From a virus (taxonomy: Duplodnaviria; Caudoviricetes): a stretch of DNA of 50,649 nucleotides. Within the stretch, counting starts at the first letter, position 1; every line of letters begins with the position of its first letter. Where the stretch lies: positions 1-50,649 of IMG/VR virus record IMGVR_UViG_3300005534_000003; one strand, given 5' to 3'. The translations under genes and the position numbers were made by a program. The notes beneath the pieces are model-generated. The model searched no databases and was not told the origin of the DNA. It was given only the letters and a program-made list of their open reading frames with translations. Below are positions 45,579 to 50,649 of this stretch, in pieces.

Positions 45579-47645
45579 TTAAATCGGATAAGAAAACTGT
45601 ACGGCAACGGTATCACTAGTAGTATATAAATCTGTTCCTGTATTTTTACTTATATTTCCTCCACCAGCTGCAGCTATGCCAACATAAACAACTGTTCGAT
45701 CTGTCCCTGATGAAAATATTTGACCGAAATCAGAACTTGCAAATGAAGCACCAACATTTGCAACTCTTAATGCTTGTCCTAAACGAGGATTTCCAATAAG
45801 AACATTTATTTTTGAACCATTTACAGAGGTGCTATTTGGCAATGAAAATGTAACAGTTGTTGCTGATGGAGTGCCACATTGAAACTGTCCTTGAACAAAA
45901 ATTGTTTTACCAATTTGTTGCCACCAAAATTGTGCATTAGAAACAGTTCCGCATCCAGTAACAGTTGGTGTATATGATGCCCAATCAGTAACCGTCGGTA
46001 TTTGACCAAAAGCGGCAGCATCACTAGAAGCTGTTCCATTTGCTAAACCAGTAATTTTGTTGGTTCCCATCGCAATCGTCGAACCAGACATTGTGATTGC
46101 GCCTGCTCCACCGGTGTACGTATAACTGCCATTTATAGATGCGCCATTCGCATCACTTACGGCATTCGTGCTTGTCGCATAGTAGGCGAGATGTGTCGCT
46201 GTCCCACTATTAACTGTGCCTGTCCCAGCTACATTTTGAAAGGTAGGAAGAGCACCGGCTCCATTCGATGTCAAAACCTGACCAGAAGAACCGACACTAA
46301 CGACATTCTGCAAAGCCCCAGTAGACGTAATTCCGCCACAAATCAATGTGTAGGCAGTGAAAGAGGCGTCACCCGTGCCCCCATTTGCAACAGTAAGAGG
46401 ATTCGTAAGCGTTAAGCTTGCGAAAGTAGGGCTAGAAGTTGTGGCGATGCTCTGCGGCAACGATAAAGTAACTGAACCAGTTGCAGAAGAAGCTATGACT
46501 TGATTGGTGGTGCCTGTGATTGAATTTACAATGGCCTGAAAAGTTGGATCAGTCGTCGCTCCCGTCGAGACAAGAGCGAAATTCGTGGTTCCAGGTCCGG
46601 CAAATGCTATAGGAGATGTCCCTTCGCCTAAGAGAACGGAGTGGGCAGTTAAAGTAGAGTCGCCAGTTCCACCATTAGCAACGGGCAATATGCCAGTAAC
46701 GCCAGTTGTAAGAGGCAAACCTGTGGCGTTTGTTAAGACAACCGCAGATGGCGTTCCAAGATTGGGAGTAACCAAAGTAGGACTAGTGGCCAAGACAACG
46801 CTTCCTGAACCTGTCGAAGAGCTTGATATAGATGATTCCACGATTGCGCCAGCAGATGAGGCCATCAATTTGCCATTGGCCAAAGCCGTGGAGCTATTCG
46901 TTCCTCCATTGGCTATCGGCAGAACACCTGTTACTCCGGTCGTGAGTGGCAAGCCTGTTGCATTCGTTAGTATCGCGCTCGTCGGCGTGCCCAAGGCTGG
47001 CGTCACGAGCGTCGCATTCGTCCATGTTCCCGTTAAAGTGTAGTTTCCCTTGTCCAATAAGAAGTTTGCCGATGCGCCCGCGTCGGGAATAATATACGTT
47101 CGCGACGCAGAAGGAGCAGTTGCTGAGATAGTAGTAGTATTGGTTGTACCGAGGATGAGTTGATTTGTAGTATTGGAGAGAATTTCTGACGCAAATGTAG
47201 GGCTAGAGGATAAAGCGATGCTTTGCGGAAGGGAAAGAGTGACATTTCCAGTCGATGAAGAGGCAATGACTTGATTGGCAGTTCCAATTATGGAAGTCAC
47301 ATCACCTGTGCTCGTGGCGATGATGTCCCCGCGCCACGTCAGATTGCCGCTTCCGTCGGTCGTAAGGGGATAGTTGCTCGCGCTGAAGGCGATTACGTCC
47401 GTGCCGCTTAGGCGTAGTACGCCCGTGGTCGCGATGCCCGCACTTTCTGACTTGTAGTACGGGCTCTTTATGCCAAAGGTGGGTCCGAAGTCAACCTCGG
47501 CGGTCAACGGGAAGCTTCCACCGGCTTTCTGGAGCATACCTGCGGTGACGGCCTGAGCCCACCCAGTCGCATTGACTCCCCAATTTGTGTCAAAGTCAAC
47601 TGGGTATTGAAAGGTTACACCGTTAATTATAAGAGGAACCGCCAT
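45579..47645 (-). CDS. Tail fibre protein
   Basis: Ser/Thr/Gly-rich; repeated ANGGT and LVTPxLGTP units; KITGLANGTASSDAA motif; WASYTPT tip domain. Confidence 0.85.
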   Translation of the reverse strand: MAVPLIINGVTFQYPVDFDTNWGVNATGWAQAVTAGMLQKAGGSFPLTAEVDFGPTFGIKSPYYKSESAGIATTGVLRLSGTDVIAFSASNYPLTTDGSGNLTWRGDIIATSTGDVTSIIGTANQVIASSSTGNVTLSLPQSIALSSSPTFASEILSNTTNQLILGTTNTTTISATAPSASRTYIIPDAGASANFLLDKGNYTLTGTWTNATLVTPALGTPTSAILTNATGLPLTTGVTGVLPIANGGTNSSTALANGKLMASSAGAIVESSISSSSTGSGSVVLATSPTLVTPNLGTPSAVVLTNATGLPLTTGVTGILPVANGGTGDSTLTAHSVLLGEGTSPIAFAGPGTTNFALVSTGATTDPTFQAIVNSITGTTNQVIASSATGSVTLSLPQSIATTSSPTFASLTLTNPLTVANGGTGDASFTAYTLICGGITSTGALQNVVSVGSSGQVLTSNGAGALPTFQNVAGTGTVNSGTATHLAYYATSTNAVSDANGASINGSYTYTGGAGAITMSGSTIAMGTNKITGLANGTASSDAAAFGQIPTVTDWASYTPTVTGCGTVSNAQFWWQQIGKTIFVQGQFQCGTPSATTVTFSLPNSTSVNGSKINVLIGNPRLGQALRVANVGASFASSDFGQIFSSGTDRTVVYVGIAAAGGGNISKNTGTDLYTTSDTVAVQFSYPI

Positions 47646-47732
47646 ATATTTCTCCTGTACTAAATTGCGGGGGTTTTTCGAAGGAAATCACCCCAAACCT
47701 GTAAGAAAAAGGACGAATTTTTTCTTACAAAA

Positions 47733-48167
47733 CTACTTCTTTTTCTTTTTGGCGAACAAGCTCGCGAACATGGAGGTTGGCTCGGAAACCGGCTCAACGT
47801 CTCCTTCAGCTTCGCGTTCTGCTTCGGATTCAGTGGCTTCTTCATGTGCTGATCCTTCTTTGTCAGGATGACCTTCCGCTGATTCGTAGGGAATTGGCCC
47901 TGAATGAATGTTAGGAGTAGGATCAGTGGCGTTAACTTTCTCCACGACTCCACCCTTACTCAACTCATGCGTTACCACATCATGCTCTGGTGTGGGATGA
48001 TCCATGTCGTGATCGGCTACCTCGACGCGCTCGGCTTGGATGCCGTGCATGTCGCCCTCGCCTTCGGGATGTTTGAGTCCGCCTTCTACCTCGCCTACGG
48101 CGTGGGATTTAAGCATTCCCAGTAGTTTCTGAATCATTTTATGTTTTTCGTCGAAATGGTCTGTCAT
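47733..48167 (-). CDS. Acidic His-rich disordered protein
   Basis: AGGAG RBS; Glu/His-rich; LSKGG motif; KKKKK end. Confidence 0.7.
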   Translation of the reverse strand: MTDHFDEKHKMIQKLLGMLKSHAVGEVEGGLKHPEGEGDMHGIQAERVEVADHDMDHPTPEHDVVTHELSKGGVVEKVNATDPTPNIHSGPIPYESAEGHPDKEGSAHEEATESEAEREAEGDVEPVSEPTSMFASLFAKKKKK

Positions 48168-48191
48168 TGTAGCGTCTCCTTGGAAGCCGTA

Positions 48192-48377
48192 TTAAGAAAC
48201 AGCCGTAGTGAAGGATGTTTGATTAAAAGAACCATTAGAAACCCCTTCAAGGTATCGCGCGGCTCGCATAATCGCTTCCGCATTGTTTGAGTTTGAAGTA
48301 GTTCCAACGCCTTGCAACTGATCCGTCACCATAGCGACAGAATCAGGAGTTACAATTGTAATAACGAGCGTGGCCAT
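48192..48377 (-). CDS. Small virion-associated protein
   Basis: AGGAG RBS; downstream of the capsid gene. Confidence 0.65.
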   Translation of the reverse strand: MATLVITIVTPDSVAMVTDQLQGVGTTSNSNNAEAIMRAARYLEGVSNGSFNQTSFTTAVS

Positions 48378-48404
48378 GTTTATTCTCCTGTGTTTTATAG
48401 TTTA

Positions 48405-48457
48405 CATCTCAACACTCTTGCCGCCGTCGGGGGAGGCAGCGGCAAGGTATTGAGACA
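48405..48457 (-). other. Long imperfect hairpin (processing site or terminator)
   Basis: tctcaa...cttgccgc / gcggcaag...ttgaga arms; no U-tract on the coding strand. Confidence 0.55.
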
Positions 48458-48466
48458 GGTGATTAA

Positions 48467-48814
48467 CTACCGAAGGTAATCAATCGCTTTTTGGAGGATC
48501 ACTATACTATCTCTTGCTTTTCCAACCATATGATTACAAGAAAGACACAATAAGCCGCGTACTTTACCTGTCAAATGGTTATGATCTACATGAGCAGTAT
48601 AGAGTGTTTCAAAGGGTAATGAACAAATTTTGCATTGCCCATTTTGACTTTTAAACATCTCCGTTTTTTCCTGAAGGGTGATACCGTACTTCGAAAGCAA
48701 TTTTCGATTGACGACCTTATCTTTATGAACTTGCTCATACTTTAGACTTGCAAGCCGATGTTTTTCGGGATGCAATCTATTATATTCGCGATGATAGGCT
48801 CGTCTATCTTTCAT
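48467..48814 (-). CDS. Endonuclease VII-family homing endonuclease
   Basis: KYGIT...QNGQCKIC...HVDHNHLTGKVRGLLCLSCN...AIDYL. Confidence 0.9.
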   Translation of the reverse strand: MKDRRAYHREYNRLHPEKHRLASLKYEQVHKDKVVNRKLLSKYGITLQEKTEMFKSQNGQCKICSLPFETLYTAHVDHNHLTGKVRGLLCLSCNHMVGKARDSIVILQKAIDYLR

Positions 48815-50100
48815 TAGCTTCGCGGAACGATATTGTTAATCAAGCACATATGTGAGGGAGTTTCGGCAAACACTGTATTGTCTGCCCAAATTCTCACTTG
48901 GTACCCAGCGAAGTCTCCGAGAGGAACCTGGAGATAGCTGTCCGTGGAAGTCCCAGGGAGCTGGAACGTCAGCTCGCTTGAACCGATGCGGGTGATGCTA
49001 TCCGTAGGATAGAGCAGAGCCTCGCCGCGCTTCATCAGCGGGTGCGGGACAATGGTCATCGTACCGGAAGGAGAATAGAACTCAAGGGCGTCGGCCCCGT
49101 TGTCCATTTTCTTCCCTTTCACATCGCCGTATCGGCGGGCAGCCGCCTGCTCGGTCAAGAGGTCGCTGAAGGATGTCAAGGGCACCAGCACGGTGCACTC
49201 TTCGCCCATCAGTCCCTTGTCGCCAGGCAGAGTGATAGCCTTTTGCAGCTTGCCGAAGGACAGAGGAGCCGTACCGGCGTCGTACGTATTCCCTTGCCAA
49301 AGCGGCCACGTCACTGAATTGATGCTGAACAGCGTTCCCATGTTGGAGGCAATGGTGATTAAGCCAACGCCTTCGATGGGGGTAGTGAACGTCGATCCGA
49401 ACGCGCCGTTGAAAGCAACGTTCAGCGGTGTGGCGGTCAAGGCAACGAGAGCAGTGCTGCCAGTCGTGGTACCATTGACAGTGATCGTGAAGGACGTGAA
49501 GTTCATACCAACCACTTGGAACACGGAATCCGCGCCAGAAGAAACTAACGCATTCGTGTCAGAGCGGTAGAACTGCACTTGCGCTCCAATCGAGGAAGCC
49601 CAGATGCCAGTCGCCCAAGAATCGGCGGTCAGTTGCACCGTAGACTGCGTGGAGCTAACGGCTGTGACAGAAGACGAAAGACCAATACCACGGGTTCCGT
49701 GGAGATAGGTACATTCGAGGCGGAAGCCCGCCCCTTCGGTCATGTCGTTGAGCGTGATGTCAACGGCCTTTCCGAAGCTGTTCTTTCCAGCCGAACGGCT
49801 GATGGCCGTGTAGCTGATGTTGTCTCGGCGAATGAGGCTGAACGCCGGTACGAGAGCATTTTCCATCTGGAGCCCAATGGCCGCGTTCAACGCGAAGGCT
49901 GAGCCATCGGTGTTGTACGTGTATCCCTGGCCGGACTGGACTTTCACCGGAGCGTTGAACTTGTCTCCGAGTTGCTTCATCCCTTTTTCTACGGTCGTGT
50001 TCTTGAGAATGTACGCGTAGTTGGGAACTAAGTCTTTGATCTTGTCCTGGTAGGCTTGTTTAAAGTCACCATTCAATGCACTTAAATCTACGTCACTCAT
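48814..50100 (-). CDS. Major capsid protein
   Basis: 428 aa after the scaffold; outline consistent with an HK97-type fold; strongly biased codon usage. Confidence 0.8.
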   Translation of the reverse strand: MSDVDLSALNGDFKQAYQDKIKDLVPNYAYILKNTTVEKGMKQLGDKFNAPVKVQSGQGYTYNTDGSAFALNAAIGLQMENALVPAFSLIRRDNISYTAISRSAGKNSFGKAVDITLNDMTEGAGFRLECTYLHGTRGIGLSSSVTAVSSTQSTVQLTADSWATGIWASSIGAQVQFYRSDTNALVSSGADSVFQVVGMNFTSFTITVNGTTTGSTALVALTATPLNVAFNGAFGSTFTTPIEGVGLITIASNMGTLFSINSVTWPLWQGNTYDAGTAPLSFGKLQKAITLPGDKGLMGEECTVLVPLTSFSDLLTEQAAARRYGDVKGKKMDNGADALEFYSPSGTMTIVPHPLMKRGEALLYPTDSITRIGSSELTFQLPGTSTDSYLQVPLGDFAGYQVRIWADNTVFAETPSHMCLINNIVPRS

Positions 50101-50406
50101 TTTGTTTTTCCTTTACTGCATGATCGCCACCAATCAAAGCTACTCGCCGAGGATTTGGATAGGTGTTAGCGTCCTCTTTCTCGTCTTTCGACAGGGTACG
50201 GTGGTCGTCATCTTCCGCTTCGGCTTGATCTGGTCCCCTCGCGGCTTGGGGATGCAGATAAATCGTGTCAGGTTTTTTGGAAAGAAAACTTGACATAAAA
50301 ACTTAGTCCCAGATAAGACTTGCACTTATAACCTAGCCCCTACGGGCTACTCTCTCGTTGTTGAGCTACTGGTATCCCTTTTCGGGCTGGTTTGACCAAT
50401 TCCAGA
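50101..50406 (-). ncRNA. Candidate structured RNA leader of the capsid gene
   Basis: Nested stems ctgcat/atgcag, gatc/gatc, ccacc/ggtgg and gcta/tagc, plus hairpins gtc-GAAA-gac, tagccc-gtag-gggcta and tgtca..tgaca. Confidence 0.5.
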
Positions 50407-50481
50407 TGGTTGCAGGGAAGGGAGTCGAACCCTCTATCTTCGGCTTATGAGGCCGACGAGATGCCGTTTCTCCACCCTACG
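50407..50481 (-). tRNA. tRNA-Met(CAT), initiator (fMet) type, with encoded CCA
   Basis: Cloverleaf CGTAGGG TG GAGA AACGGCA TCTC G TCGGC CTCATAA GCCGA AGATA GAGGG TTCGACT CCCTT CCCTGCA A CCA; C1xA72 and A11-U24. Confidence 0.92.
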
Positions 50482-50486
50482 AATCT

Positions 50487-50649
50487 TTACGAGTTGCCTG
50501 GCGCGCCAGGATGAAGCCCGATCCCCTGCTCCGACTTCATCTGCCGAAGTGCCTTCCAGTAGGCCTTCCCTTTCAGCTTGGAAAGGTCAACCTTGTTCTG
50601 CGGATTGGGATTGACCGTCTTCTTCTCCGGCACTGGATTGGCCGTGGTG
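50487..50649 (-). CDS. Scaffolding protein, 3' part (joins 1-935)
   Basis: In frame across the junction; ends MKSEQGIGLHPGAPGNS, TAA at 50487. Confidence 0.75.
   Translation of the reverse strand, partial: TTANPVPEKKTVNPNPQNKVDLSKLKGKAYWKALRQMKSEQGIGLHPGAPGNS
50539..50649. repeat. Terminal direct repeat, copy 2
   Basis: Identical to 1-111. Confidence 0.95.

Noticed and set aside
45579-47645. Diversity-generating retroelement acting on the fibre
   Set aside because: No reverse transcriptase and no near-identical TR/VR pair; repeats are protein-level duplications.
48467-50100. Group I intron carrying the endonuclease within the capsid gene
   Set aside because: The capsid ORF appears complete, and the endonuclease is TAATG-coupled after its stop, with no room for a 5' intron core.
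50093-50296. 67-aa ORF upstream of the capsid gene
   Set aside because: No SD sequence and no protein features; it overlaps dense RNA stems. Treated as likely non-coding, though not excluded.
50407-50481. tRNA as prophage attachment site
   Set aside because: No integrase or host flank was found, and the tRNA is complete and embedded in the head operon.
1-50649. Stop-codon reassignment
   Set aside because: Core genes are full length in the standard code and end in TAA, TAG or TGA; the tRNA is not a suppressor.

Overview
Apparently complete, circularly assembled dsDNA tailed-phage genome of 50,538 bp (bases 1-111 repeat at 50539-50649), with podovirus-like architecture and no recognisable integrase or repressor. 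The minus-strand virion arm runs from about 13.2 kb down through TerS, TerL, portal, an appendage cassette and scaffold. It crosses the junction into an initiator-type tRNA, a structured 300-nt leader, major capsid, fibre, adaptor, nozzle, ejection/cargo proteins and a lysis pair ending near 33.1 kb. The plus-strand arm (13.3-33.1 kb) holds small early genes, a sigma-region-4 protein, SSB-like, PD-(D/E)xK nuclease, RNA ligase, primase-helicase, nucleotide enzymes, PolA, an exonuclease and an S1 protease. Four observations stand out. (1) A recurrent [MYLH]-[ASE]-x-G-G motif punctuates four virion proteins, one of which looks like a polyprotein of small modules. (2) A variant tRNA-fMet plus a multi-stem RNA sits between scaffold and capsid genes. 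(3) A 40-bp promoter-like motif occurs as an inverted pair, one copy followed at once by a terminator, alongside a sigma-r4 protein and an uncalled ZAS-motif microprotein. (4) A Zn-ribbon ORF is nested in the endolysin, and PolA has an anomalous start. All family calls come from reading motifs by eye; no searches were run.
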